Source: a virus (lineage: Duplodnaviria; Heunggongvirae; Uroviricota; Caudoviricetes). From it: a stretch of 54,515 bases of DNA. Below are positions 32,273-41,284 of the stretch, in pieces. The translations under genes and the position numbers were made by a program. The DNA is taken from positions 64,001 to 118,515 of the IMG/VR virus record IMGVR_UViG_3300003691_000001; one strand, 5' to 3'. The notes beneath the pieces are model-generated. The model ran no database searches and had not been told where the DNA came from. It was given only the letters and a program-made list of their open reading frames with translations. Numbering within the stretch: the stretch's first letter is position 1; each line of letters begins with the position of its first letter.

Positions 32273-33272
32273 AAAACCTCTCCGTCATATGTAGTATATC
32301 TCCATGATCTGCAAACCACCCCCGTGCACCTACTGTAGGAGGTTTCACCCATGCAATACTCTGCACTTCGCCTTTCTGAGCTTTCAGTTTACCACTACAT
32401 TTTTCAAAGTCAACACTGAATACGTGTGTAGACCTATTACCTCCACGCTGTGTACCGGTTAAATAAGCTTCTAGCTCTAGATCACCAGGGTCTACAATCA
32501 GTCCTGTTTCCTCTTCAAGCTCTCGAGCTGCACCGGATTCATATGATACATCTGTTACATCTAGGAATCCACCAGGTAAAGCTATCTTCCCGATACCAGG
32601 GGATTCTCCTCGAAGGATTGTAAGGATACGTCCACGCCTTCGTACAATCACATCTGTGCAGTCAAAATGTGGCAAAGGGAAGGGTGCAACTGCACGGGCT
32701 CTGTCCCATCGCTCTTCATACTCCTCTTCATCATCTACTTCAACCAGTACAGAGGATAGATCAAGTGTACTTATGTACACCCCTACATCCTTGGCAACCT
32801 TGCCTGTAGACCAATCTAAGCCCCTGTAGTACATGTTCCGTAGCTGTGTGGAAGATGTACTGTATGTTTCCTCTCCAAGACATTCAGTGCGGAAATACTC
32901 CTCCATGCATAGTCTTTCAGCCTGGTCATTACCACGGATGAAGCAATACAATGGGTATGTATATCCCATGAATTCTACACCCGATTTAATCTCTAAGTTC
33001 ATAATAAGAGCGTTAAGCCATAGATCATCGTCATACCGACTATCTCCTACAGGGTGTATCACGTACTCTGTATCCATAAAAGCATCCAGAGTAAGCTCTA
33101 AGCAGTGCTTACGCTCTTCAAAGCTTAGAGGGTTCTTAGGTGTACGCCCTTTATCTGCACTCCCTACAAGCACTATAAGCTTCTTACAACGTGATGCAGC
33201 CTCGTTCAGAAGGTGCTCATGACCTTCATGCAGGAATTGGAACCTACCTAATACAAAACCTACCTCATCCAT
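32265..33272 (-). CDS. Bifunctional NMN adenylyltransferase / Nudix hydrolase (NadM-Nudix)
   Basis: GRFQFLHEGH (HxGH), GS...RTPKNPL; Nudix box ALPGGFLD...AARELEEETGL. Confidence 0.92.
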   Translation of the reverse strand: MDEVGFVLGRFQFLHEGHEHLLNEAASRCKKLIVLVGSADKGRTPKNPLSFEERKHCLELTLDAFMDTEYVIHPVGDSRYDDDLWLNALIMNLEIKSGVEFMGYTYPLYCFIRGNDQAERLCMEEYFRTECLGEETYSTSSTQLRNMYYRGLDWSTGKVAKDVGVYISTLDLSSVLVEVDDEEEYEERWDRARAVAPFPLPHFDCTDVIVRRRGRILTILRGESPGIGKIALPGGFLDVTDVSYESGAARELEEETGLIVDPGDLELEAYLTGTQRGGNRSTHVFSVDFEKCSGKLKAQKGEVQSIAWVKPPTVGARGWFADHGDILHMTERFYG

Positions 33273-33558
33273 ATACAGGCCCTACAGGTTGGTTCATAGC
33301 ATTAATGAAGCTTTCCACCTTATGAAAGGCTAAGCTCCAGTCCACAGGTAACATAGGTTCATCTACACCTTCAGATATGGAGTGAAGAACATTCCTACGG
33401 ATACTTGCCACCTCCTCTGTCATCTTGCCACCTAAATCTTCATAGGCATTCAATAGAAGTAATGCAAATGCAGTCTTGATTGTAGCACGGTAAAGGTTGT
33501 GGACGTAAACGTACTCCGCCTCATCCAATGCTTGCATTGCTGCTAAAACATCAATCAT
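33265..33558 (-). CDS. Hypothetical protein
   Basis: 97-aa ORF with GGAG RBS. Confidence 0.6.
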   Translation of the reverse strand: MIDVLAAMQALDEAEYVYVHNLYRATIKTAFALLLLNAYEDLGGKMTEEVASIRRNVLHSISEGVDEPMLPVDWSLAFHKVESFINAMNQPVGPVYG

Positions 33559-33632
33559 CTTACTCTCCTTATACGCCTCTCATGGCGTGTTAGTATTGTT
33601 TAAGCGCTCTATGCGCCACTTAAGTCATGTTA

Positions 33633-34184
33633 TCAGTAAAGATTTCGGAGGCTATCCCGTACCTTCATTAACGCAAAACCCAATTTATTATCTCCCCTCC
33701 ACTTCTCAGGGTGGCAAACATCTTTATGATCTTTATCAAGCCCAACTCCCCATACTTTATCGTATGGTGCAGCCTCTGTCAAGACTTTATTACCGGTCCC
33801 TAGTAAGAATCTACGTATCCCTCCATTCTGCGTGAACTTTAGCATGTTACCGTAAATTACTATAGCCCTCGCATGCTTATCCCACACATCTTGCCTAAAC
33901 CCTTCTACACCTCTTCCAATCTTCTTAGCCTCTCCAGGGTGTGAAGAACGGAGGATTGCATTGTGCGAGTCGTTATCACAGAATAGAAGGGCCTTACGAG
34001 ACATCATCCAATGCTCAGCTGTGGAGTACGTATCTCCTTGGAAAGTAAACGGGGAATCCTGATACCATTGGCTTAAGCATTCCTGACCAATTAAAGCAGA
34101 TCTACCATTCTTACGGTGACCAAAGAACGGTAAATAGTCTAAATCACAATCTGCCTCTAGCAAGTCCTTAATTTCACTATACAT
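33633..34184 (-). CDS. NADAR family protein (YbiA-like)
   Basis: LSQWY.SPF...TAEHWMM..KA, KKIGR, KFTQN, LTEAAPYDKVWGVGL, GDNKLGFALMKVR; start set at the TAATG overlap. Confidence 0.92.
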   Translation of the reverse strand: MYSEIKDLLEADCDLDYLPFFGHRKNGRSALIGQECLSQWYQDSPFTFQGDTYSTAEHWMMSRKALLFCDNDSHNAILRSSHPGEAKKIGRGVEGFRQDVWDKHARAIVIYGNMLKFTQNGGIRRFLLGTGNKVLTEAAPYDKVWGVGLDKDHKDVCHPEKWRGDNKLGFALMKVRDSLRNLY

Positions 34185-34750
34185 TAACAATTCTCCCATG
34201 GAAAGGTTTTTATTATCTTTATGTAACATTCCTGTTGATACCCTCCACTACTCATAGTCTTGTGTACCACCCAATGCACCTGTTTATGCACACCAGGTGC
34301 AAGCCTTATAGGAGGTTCCTTTCCCCTGTGTAAGGAGCTATATGGAAGAGGGCATACTAACCTCTCTTCAGTTTTTGTGTACGTATTCCAAGCATACATT
34401 ACTCTGTGCACCTTCCCCTCGACAATCTCTGTTTCATGACCGAAGCGTTCGATGCTGTATTCAGCCCACTGCTCAGGAGTCCATTTAGAAATTTCATCAA
34501 GGGTTTCCTGAGAGTCACTAGACAGCACAGGTGTACCATTTACCATTGTACCACGTATTTCCTTAGAAGGGGGTTTATCAGAAAAATAACTTCCTCCTGC
34601 TGCCAGTGCAGTATAGAAAAGAAACCATTCTGCCCCAGAAGTATAACCGTAAAGGATAATGCTTCCAAGTGTACAACCTAATAGGAATATTGCGGCAATG
34701 AGTAAGGTAAAAGACATAAAGTAACTCCGTTTGTTAAAAGATGCAGCCAT
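34184..34750 (-). CDS. Membrane protein (two N-terminal hydrophobic helices)
   Basis: ORF track; hydrophobic N-terminal half. Confidence 0.6.
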   Translation of the reverse strand: MAASFNKRSYFMSFTLLIAAIFLLGCTLGSIILYGYTSGAEWFLFYTALAAGGSYFSDKPPSKEIRGTMVNGTPVLSSDSQETLDEISKWTPEQWAEYSIERFGHETEIVEGKVHRVMYAWNTYTKTEERLVCPLPYSSLHRGKEPPIRLAPGVHKQVHWVVHKTMSSGGYQQECYIKIIKTFPWENC

Positions 34751-34790
34751 ATTACATGGCCGCTAACAACAGGTCAACACTTAATTTGAA

Positions 34791-35177
34791 TTACTTAGGA
34801 GGGTAAATACGCCATGCAGCGCATACAAACTTCCTTGTAGATGTATTATCTGAAGGTACACCATCTAAAATGGCCAATGCATGACCTCTTACACAGACGT
34901 AAAACTTACCTTTAGGATGCTTCTTACAAAATCTGGAGATAGTTATCTTATTAGCTATGGTATAAGGCCCGAGGGTCACCCTATGATGAGACATAGCATT
35001 GAACATGGCACCCTGCATAGAACGCTTCATACCTCTCCTGAACCTCCTTCCATGCTTCTTGCAATAGCTGTGACAGGCTTCGTAAGAAGCTCCTGTCACA
35101 GCTACAAGAGCCCTTACAGTGCAATCCCTGTATTCCAAGGACTCTAGTCCGGTATCAGGCCGCATAGAACTTATCAA
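34791..35177 (-). CDS. Hypothetical protein (DCTVRAL...HA motif, papain-like fold possible)
   Basis: RDCTVRALVAVTG...GHALAILDG. Confidence 0.6.
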   Translation of the reverse strand: MISSMRPDTGLESLEYRDCTVRALVAVTGASYEACHSYCKKHGRRFRRGMKRSMQGAMFNAMSHHRVTLGPYTIANKITISRFCKKHPKGKFYVCVRGHALAILDGVPSDNTSTRKFVCAAWRIYPPK

Positions 35178-36117
35178 TGACCTCTACTATTTGTCTACTT
35201 GATAATGCTTCTTTACGATCTAGGAATTTAAGCATGCGCTGTCTAGCTATAAAAGCAGAGACCTCTGTTCTATAGTTACCTGAAATTCCCTTTTGATATC
35301 CTTCAAAGCACATTTTAAAGCTCCAAGTATCATTCTTACGCTTATAGAGATATTTAAACCCGCCAGTCTTGTTCAACGGGTTGTAAATACCGGTTGGAAA
35401 GTCGATGCCAGATTCTCCTGTAAACCCTTCTAGTTCAGGAGCAACATTCTTCTTTTGTAGTGCCTGGACAGGCTCTACACCTATCTTCTCTGAAAAGCTC
35501 TTAGTGTACCCTTCAATATCAGTCGGTTTAGGCAGTGTACCATCCTTTAATCCCTTTTCAAATTGAACCTGTGATCGTTGTGTCAATAAATGCCGAGGGC
35601 GGATGTCACCACTTTTCTCATAAATAGCCGCTATTACATCGGCTACAGCTTCTCCTCCCCGACAAGTAGCTAATATTTTCTGACCTACGAAAATAGTTGT
35701 ACCTTTATTATCTCCAGTACAGGGGACTGCTCTATACCACTTAACTTTACTAGGTGTAAGAATAAACTCCTTCTGGGTACCACTTGAATTCTTCTTAATG
35801 GTCAAAGATTTTAAAGGGTTAACAGGATTATCCCCAATAATAGAAGACCCTTCTAACAAGCCTTTAACAGTGGTGACTGGAGAATCAATCCACCCTTTAT
35901 CATCAGTCTTGTCTTTGAAGGCACCTTCCAGAGTGGATAGAATAGACTCTGCTCCGGTCTTGCCATTGCCAACCAAGTAACCATGAATAGTTGAATCTAC
36001 ATCTGTAAACTCTCCCACTCTGTTTTCATACCCATCAACGCCTTCATATGGACCAATTAAACAAGATCTCTTTTCACTCTCAAGGACTGCAATATAAACT
36101 TCTTTTTCACTACTCAT
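35155..36117 (-). CDS. Hypothetical protein (320 aa)
   Basis: Long ORF, GGAGA RBS. Confidence 0.7.
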   Translation of the reverse strand: MSSEKEVYIAVLESEKRSCLIGPYEGVDGYENRVGEFTDVDSTIHGYLVGNGKTGAESILSTLEGAFKDKTDDKGWIDSPVTTVKGLLEGSSIIGDNPVNPLKSLTIKKNSSGTQKEFILTPSKVKWYRAVPCTGDNKGTTIFVGQKILATCRGGEAVADVIAAIYEKSGDIRPRHLLTQRSQVQFEKGLKDGTLPKPTDIEGYTKSFSEKIGVEPVQALQKKNVAPELEGFTGESGIDFPTGIYNPLNKTGGFKYLYKRKNDTWSFKMCFEGYQKGISGNYRTEVSAFIARQRMLKFLDRKEALSSRQIVEVIDKFYAA

Positions 36118-36118
36118 T

Positions 36119-36355
36119 CTACTCTCCTATGGATCTTTTGATCCAATTATTGTATATCCCCTGACACCATGCATAGGTGTAGAAGGTTGTTAGGGCTAAT
36201 ATTCCCCATTGCTCAGCAGTATATGCTGAATAAAACCAAGCTGGTTGACCTGTAATCCCAAAAAGAGCTGCATACTTCTTCCAACTTTCGTTACTTTGCT
36301 GTGTAAGCCATATAGCCACACCACCTGTGACTAGTAAAAACGCCTGTACGAACAT
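36119..36355 (-). CDS. PnuC-like three-helix mini transporter
   Basis: 78 aa, three hydrophobic helices, FGITGQPAW...QWG...Y...GIYNNW pattern. Confidence 0.55.
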   Translation of the reverse strand: MFVQAFLLVTGGVAIWLTQQSNESWKKYAALFGITGQPAWFYSAYTAEQWGILALTTFYTYAWCQGIYNNWIKRSIGE

Positions 36356-36540
36356 TACTTAGCCACCTCTTCACAGATCTCTATACGACCTGAAGGAAAA
36401 GATTGAATAATACCAACCCATTTACTCGTACACCTCCATGCATAGGTTTCATCCTCTACCTGATATTCATATGTTTGCATCACCAGTAGAGAATTACACC
36501 CTGAAAGTAATAAAGCTATCCCCAGTACTATTCTTCTCAT
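36355..36540 (-). CDS. Small lipoprotein
   Basis: MRRIVLGIALLLSGC lipobox. Confidence 0.6.
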   Translation of the reverse strand: MRRIVLGIALLLSGCNSLLVMQTYEYQVEDETYAWRCTSKWVGIIQSFPSGRIEICEEVAK

Positions 36541-36548
36541 TCAACCTC

Positions 36549-36818
36549 CTATGGGTACTCATTCTGATAGCGTAATATCCATTCCTCTACATCCTGTAAC
36601 TGTCTCCTAGATTTATATCCAAGTTTTACAGTGTTTAAGTATGATTCCTTCAAGGATTCAGCGAATAACTGTTCAACCTTGGTAAGATCCCCTCCAACGA
36701 GTACATATACAGATAGTAGTTTGGTAAGATTTTCTTTACCAACCTTATGCTTGTATCGACCATTAATGGTGTAGGTTATTGTTTGTATCAACGACTTATG
36801 GCTCAGTTTATTCCCCAT
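36549..36818 (-). CDS. Hypothetical protein
   Basis: 89-aa ORF in operon. Confidence 0.55.
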   Translation of the reverse strand: MGNKLSHKSLIQTITYTINGRYKHKVGKENLTKLLSVYVLVGGDLTKVEQLFAESLKESYLNTVKLGYKSRRQLQDVEEWILRYQNEYP

Positions 36819-37086
36819 CTATCCACCTTGCTATTCTGAATGAAATTCTTGCATCTTTACCTGTTTCTTGGCACCACCCTTCACTGATTACTAAGATAGC
36901 TGGTACTAGTATTATAAACAGACATGAGATATACCACGGAGTCAGTGAAAGTATTAGTGTGGTACAGGTCGATGTCAGAAAGATAATTACTGTGACAATA
37001 GAAAGGAGCCTAATAACTGACCAGTCTATACAGTCCATCATACTCCTTATGCCAGATTTCCAGTATAGCTTTAATTTAACCATCAT
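36808..37086 (-). CDS. Small membrane protein
   Basis: Two hydrophobic helices. Confidence 0.5.
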   Translation of the reverse strand: MMVKLKLYWKSGIRSMMDCIDWSVIRLLSIVTVIIFLTSTCTTLILSLTPWYISCLFIILVPAILVISEGWCQETGKDARISFRIARWIDGE

Positions 37087-37355
37087 TAGAAATTGCTCCC
37101 AAAACCAGATGCATACGGAGATGATTCTACCTCTACACTTGAAGACTTACCTGTTGGATGGCACCTGTACCAAGCTCTTATACCCTTTGTACCATCCATG
37201 TAATCTGTCTTCAGCTCCTCCACCTCTTTATCCCCTGCACTCTTGCACGCCTCCATTGTTCCAAACTGTGCACTAACTCCATTTACACCCAGAAGGCCTC
37301 CATTAGCAGGGTACGATATAATCGTAATCATTAAAACAAATGCACTTAGTGTCAT
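37086..37355 (-). CDS. Hypothetical exported/membrane protein
   Basis: GAGGAG RBS; hydrophobic N-terminus; F.TMEAC..AG motif. Confidence 0.6.
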   Translation of the reverse strand: MTLSAFVLMITIISYPANGGLLGVNGVSAQFGTMEACKSAGDKEVEELKTDYMDGTKGIRAWYRCHPTGKSSSVEVESSPYASGFGSNF

Positions 37356-37444
37356 GTCTCCTCCTCATTCTTGTTACGTTCAGGGTTCTTTTTAGACTCT
37401 CTCTTCTTATCAGGGTGTGTAACAGGCTTGTGAGTCCTGTCCAT
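37352..37444 (-). CDS. 30-aa basic peptide MDRTHKPVTHPDKKRESKKNPERNKNEEET
   Basis: ATGA overlap with next gene; resembles small basic phage peptides with an HxDKK motif. Confidence 0.45.
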   Translation of the reverse strand: MDRTHKPVTHPDKKRESKKNPERNKNEEET

Positions 37445-37451
37445 ACCCTTC

Positions 37452-37874
37452 TTAACTGGATTCTTCATTACATAATACCTGTGAAAAGAAATCTTCAAGA
37501 TCCCAACGTATCTTATGTATCTTCTGCCCTTTCACCACTATGCTCGATATTTTATACAGGTCACATGTACTCAGTTCAACTGTTAGCTCACCCTTACACC
37601 TATCCGGTACAAAGTATATAATATCATTCCTTACGACACGTATGTGACAGGGATAATAGATTTCAGATGTAATGTCGAAATGAAGTTCAAGGTCCTTAAC
37701 ATCCTCTGCAACATCTATAGGAAAACCATGCGAGGTACCTTTATCATCAGTGATGCATATAGAATCCACAGTTTGCATTGTAACGGGATATATTTCACCA
37801 ACTGTAATATTAGCCTCTTCACCATCCTCCATGTAGTATGGCTCTTTAAGCTTTAAACTCTTATACGTAATCAT
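37452..37874 (-). CDS. Hypothetical protein
   Basis: 140-aa ORF, GAGG RBS. Confidence 0.6.
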   Translation of the reverse strand: MITYKSLKLKEPYYMEDGEEANITVGEIYPVTMQTVDSICITDDKGTSHGFPIDVAEDVKDLELHFDITSEIYYPCHIRVVRNDIIYFVPDRCKGELTVELSTCDLYKISSIVVKGQKIHKIRWDLEDFFSQVLCNEESS

Positions 37875-37883
37875 ATTTACCTC

Positions 37884-38162
37884 TTATCCCAGTCGAATCT
37901 GGCTATACAGCCAATCCACTTTAATATCGAGTGGACCGTAACCTATACATCTTCCACCACTACCCCACTTAAGGGGTTCTTTGGGATGTGAACTAAGCCA
38001 AGGATAGATGTGCCAATACCCATCTTCATCCATAGCGGCAACGCAGCCTCCCTCTCCCTCTTCTGCCTCGATCCTTACCCATTCTTCTAAGGTATATTTA
38101 CCATTTACAATATCGATATCCAAGGCTATATTAAGCCTTCTAATCTCTGCTTCAATTCCCAT
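37884..38162 (-). CDS. Hypothetical protein, paralog family B (AxDEDG.W)
   Basis: CVAAMDEDGYWHIY motif. Confidence 0.6.
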   Translation of the reverse strand: MGIEAEIRRLNIALDIDIVNGKYTLEEWVRIEAEEGEGGCVAAMDEDGYWHIYPWLSSHPKEPLKWGSGGRCIGYGPLDIKVDWLYSQIRLG

Positions 38163-38466
38163 TATAACTCCTTAACTTCTTGGACAAGTACTTTAAGTCT
38201 TCTTTACTGAAGGTCAGTTCAGTCACACCTTCACAAAATTTAACCACTATCGTATTATTAAGGCCTGCATAGTAACCCGCTATATCTTCATCCGTAAACT
38301 TATAAGGTGGCGGGGGAAGATACACACGGTATTCATGGGATTTAAAATCCCACTCATCTCCAATATGATTCACCCAGAACGAAGTTTGTATAGCACGTTT
38401 CTCAACCTGTGTACCATTGTTATGCGCTGTAAGAACTTCAAGCTGCTTATCCTTCGGTGTTAGCAT
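38152..38466 (-). CDS. Hypothetical protein, paralog family C
   Basis: KQLEVLTAH.NG...WDFKSHEYRV; similar to 43381..43707. Confidence 0.6.
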   Translation of the reverse strand: MLTPKDKQLEVLTAHNNGTQVEKRAIQTSFWVNHIGDEWDFKSHEYRVYLPPPPYKFTDEDIAGYYAGLNNTIVVKFCEGVTELTFSKEDLKYLSKKLRSYNGN

Positions 38467-38632
38467 TCTTCAACTCCTCTTTAAGTTTTAATACTTCCAG
38501 TGCAAGAAAGTACACCAGGTTATCACCTGTGCAATCTCTCCAAGGCTCTCGGTAACGATCAGCCTTTAATATACCATTGTCACCATCTACATACAAGATG
38601 TATTTACCATTATCAAGGTTGATTATATCCAT
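38447..38632 (-). CDS. Hypothetical protein
   Basis: 61-aa ORF in operon. Confidence 0.6.
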   Translation of the reverse strand: MDIINLDNGKYILYVDGDNGILKADRYREPWRDCTGDNLVYFLALEVLKLKEELKNANTEG

Positions 38633-39156
38633 GTTAACCTCTTCAATACACGGTCCTCAAGAACCAGTTCACCTTTTTGTATACTTAATGCAAGATACTT
38701 GCACAACTCTCTGCGAGAATCACCATACTCTCCTTCCCATAGGTCATACGAGTCATATGTATCTTCTGCAAGCCATCCATCTACACCTGGTACAGGGTAA
38801 TCACTCACACCTGAAAAGTGTTCCCAACCAAGAAAGCATGAAGACCGTATAGCTATGTAGTACTCCTCCTCCAAAATACTACAAATGCCTGCACCCTCGT
38901 AAGGTGCACCCTCTGCTAATCCTGTGAAGACTTTTGAAAGGATTTCTAATGAACAGTATGGGAGTGTAGCATTAAAAGATTGATGAGTAAACTCATCGGT
39001 ATGCTCAGAATCCTGTCGATACATCCTAGACTCCCCTGCATCATTGTAGTAAGAATCCACCCACCATTCTATTGTGTACCAGGTACAACCTATTCTACAT
39101 GAACTGTGTCCTCCCAGTCCATCTATACTGCTATATTGTATATTCTCAAACATCAT
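38623..39156 (-). CDS. Hypothetical protein, paralog family A
   Basis: GICS...SCFLGWEHFSG..YPVPG...LWEGEYGDSRRELC. Confidence 0.65.
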   Translation of the reverse strand: MMFENIQYSSIDGLGGHSSCRIGCTWYTIEWWVDSYYNDAGESRMYRQDSEHTDEFTHQSFNATLPYCSLEILSKVFTGLAEGAPYEGAGICSILEEEYYIAIRSSCFLGWEHFSGVSDYPVPGVDGWLAEDTYDSYDLWEGEYGDSRRELCKYLALSIQKGELVLEDRVLKRLTWI

Positions 39157-39425
39157 CCACCCCCGTATTGGTGCCAATTATCCAGCGCCTGTTGTAATTC
39201 TGTAATCTCTTGCAGCAGTTGTTCACGTGTATGAGATTTGTACCTTCCCGTAAGAGGGTGCATGATTCCATACTCTTCAGGAGTAAACCCCGCAGAACTC
39301 ACATAGTTGTAAAGATTATTAGGATCAGTGTGATGTAGTGAATCTCTACGTGTGGAGACCATACCACCGGAATTGTACCATGTGTCATACACAAGGTTAC
39401 CTTCGATATCTAAACTAACACTCAT
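39153..39425 (-). CDS. Hypothetical protein
   Basis: Start set at MSVSLD. Confidence 0.55.
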   Translation of the reverse strand: MSVSLDIEGNLVYDTWYNSGGMVSTRRDSLHHTDPNNLYNYVSSAGFTPEEYGIMHPLTGRYKSHTREQLLQEITELQQALDNWHQYGGG

Positions 39426-39426
39426 A

Positions 39427-40017
39427 TCACGTTCTCCTAGATCCTTCATAATCTTCTAACAACTTATCCATAATCTCTTCGAACTGTGTAGCTGACATAT
39501 CAGGCAGGTTACCTCCCTCATAAAGTTCCCTCACGTTCACCATAACCATCTTAAAAATATCCTTCCTTACATCTGAAACAGAGGACTCAGGTACAGGAGG
39601 AGTTATCTTAACATATGGAAGATCTTCATATACCTTGTGATAAGGATGTTCCACCTGAGGGTAACCTCCTGTGGAACAATCACCTATAAGTTGCCCTTCA
39701 CTACCCCAACCCTGGTTTGGATCACTATCGCTTTGCGTTGTAGGTGATAACCCCTTGTACTCGCTTGCAAGTATTGCAGCTATTCCATTACCATCACTAG
39801 TTGAGAACATCAACTCGCATACAATACCCCAATCTGTCTTCCATTCAAAGGAACCACCTTCCCCATCAAACACACGGCCATAGGAATCATAATTACCATG
39901 CATTTCTTCTATGACCTTACCGTCATGCAACAGGAACAGATAAACATCATCTCCATCAAAGGATGTAGACTCTACACCCCTGTTCGCCTCTTTACACATA
40001 AAACTTAAACAACCCAT
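39427..40017 (-). CDS. Hypothetical protein
   Basis: 196 aa; MGCLSFMC...YDSYGRVF...DPNQGWG; GGAG RBS. Confidence 0.7.
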   Translation of the reverse strand: MGCLSFMCKEANRGVESTSFDGDDVYLFLLHDGKVIEEMHGNYDSYGRVFDGEGGSFEWKTDWGIVCELMFSTSDGNGIAAILASEYKGLSPTTQSDSDPNQGWGSEGQLIGDCSTGGYPQVEHPYHKVYEDLPYVKITPPVPESSVSDVRKDIFKMVMVNVRELYEGGNLPDMSATQFEEIMDKLLEDYEGSRRT

Positions 40018-40026
40018 ATTAATCTC

Positions 40027-40287
40027 CTAGATTACTTTATTACCATCTTCACCGAAGTAATATTCACCATCTTGGAAGGAGTATGTCATAGCCTTGTCGT
40101 AGTAGCAAGGGTAAGGCTTAAATATCTTACGGTCTGAATACCTCACGGGCATGTCGTAGTACATAATGAATTTGTCACTACGAAACTTCACCGTGATATT
40201 ATTTACCCTATCATGCCACACTTCAAACCTTGCAGGACTGTCTGGCATTTGATCCCAGTTAAGTCGTATGTGCTCTACTATCGTCAT
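40027..40287 (-). CDS. Hypothetical protein
   Basis: Start set at MTIVEH. Confidence 0.55.
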   Translation of the reverse strand: MTIVEHIRLNWDQMPDSPARFEVWHDRVNNITVKFRSDKFIMYYDMPVRYSDRKIFKPYPCYYDKAMTYSFQDGEYYFGEDGNKVI

Positions 40288-40294
40288 AACTTCT

Positions 40295-41284
40295 TCACCC
40301 TGCACCCCTGCACTTGTCAGCCTTGTTGTTGTAGTCAATACACACATCAAGGCAGTTAGCCTTGCAGATAGGGTTTTCATGCGTATCAACGCTTTCCAAC
40401 CACTTCACCCTATCTTCTCGCATTGTATGACTCACAGGTCCAATGGGCTTCCCTTGCTCTCTGAAGAAGATTACACACGGGTAGTGGTTACGCCCTGCAA
40501 TGACTGAATCATCTAATACCAGTGGACACTTCTTTGTATCGGTGCCCTTCAGGCCTCGTACATGCTTCCCTGCAAGGAAGTTGTTCACACGGTACCGAAG
40601 TATAGGGTGCTTGTCTAAAACCTCCTCAGGGATGTTTTTAAGCTCCTCTAGGGAACCATTCCACTGAGCTGAAGGGATTACACGGATATCCGATACACCT
40701 AAACTACTTGCAAACTTTACAATCTCAATGAACCGGTTAACATTACCAGGCTCCAGTACCACACCTACTGTAACATAAGTCTCTTTCGAGATCCACCGGA
40801 TATTGTCTATAACCTTCTGCCATGCACCTTTAATATCTCCTGCCATCATATCACCTGTTTCAGCATCTGCTGCATCTAATGAGATGGAGAAGTCATTACA
40901 ACCCGCTTCAATCAATCTTTCGTACAGCTTGCGCTTCATGCTACCATTTGTAGAGATGGCTATACGCTTTATACCACTATCCTTTGCATATTGCACAGCT
41001 TCTACTATTCCAGGGTGGAATGTGGGCTCTCCACCAGAGAAGCGTATATTTTCTAAAGGACCCCATTGACACCATGCATCAATGTTCTTTTTAATATCTT
41101 CAATCGGCAACTCCTTCTTAATAGAGTTACCAAAGACATCCTCATGCAATCCCCTGCAATAAGGGCATTTAAAGTTACAGAATTCATTAATAATCATCTC
41201 ACAACGCTTCATCTGTGATGTAGGGGATGTATTATTTGCGCGTTTATCACTGAGGGTGTAGAACCCAATCTCTTCAAGTTTCAT
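40295..41284 (-). CDS. Radical SAM protein
   Basis: CNFKCPYC (CxxxCxxC), RFSGGEPT, ISTNGS, ISLD; Cys-rich C-terminal cluster. Confidence 0.92.
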   Translation of the reverse strand: MKLEEIGFYTLSDKRANNTSPTSQMKRCEMIINEFCNFKCPYCRGLHEDVFGNSIKKELPIEDIKKNIDAWCQWGPLENIRFSGGEPTFHPGIVEAVQYAKDSGIKRIAISTNGSMKRKLYERLIEAGCNDFSISLDAADAETGDMMAGDIKGAWQKVIDNIRWISKETYVTVGVVLEPGNVNRFIEIVKFASSLGVSDIRVIPSAQWNGSLEELKNIPEEVLDKHPILRYRVNNFLAGKHVRGLKGTDTKKCPLVLDDSVIAGRNHYPCVIFFREQGKPIGPVSHTMREDRVKWLESVDTHENPICKANCLDVCIDYNNKADKCRGAG

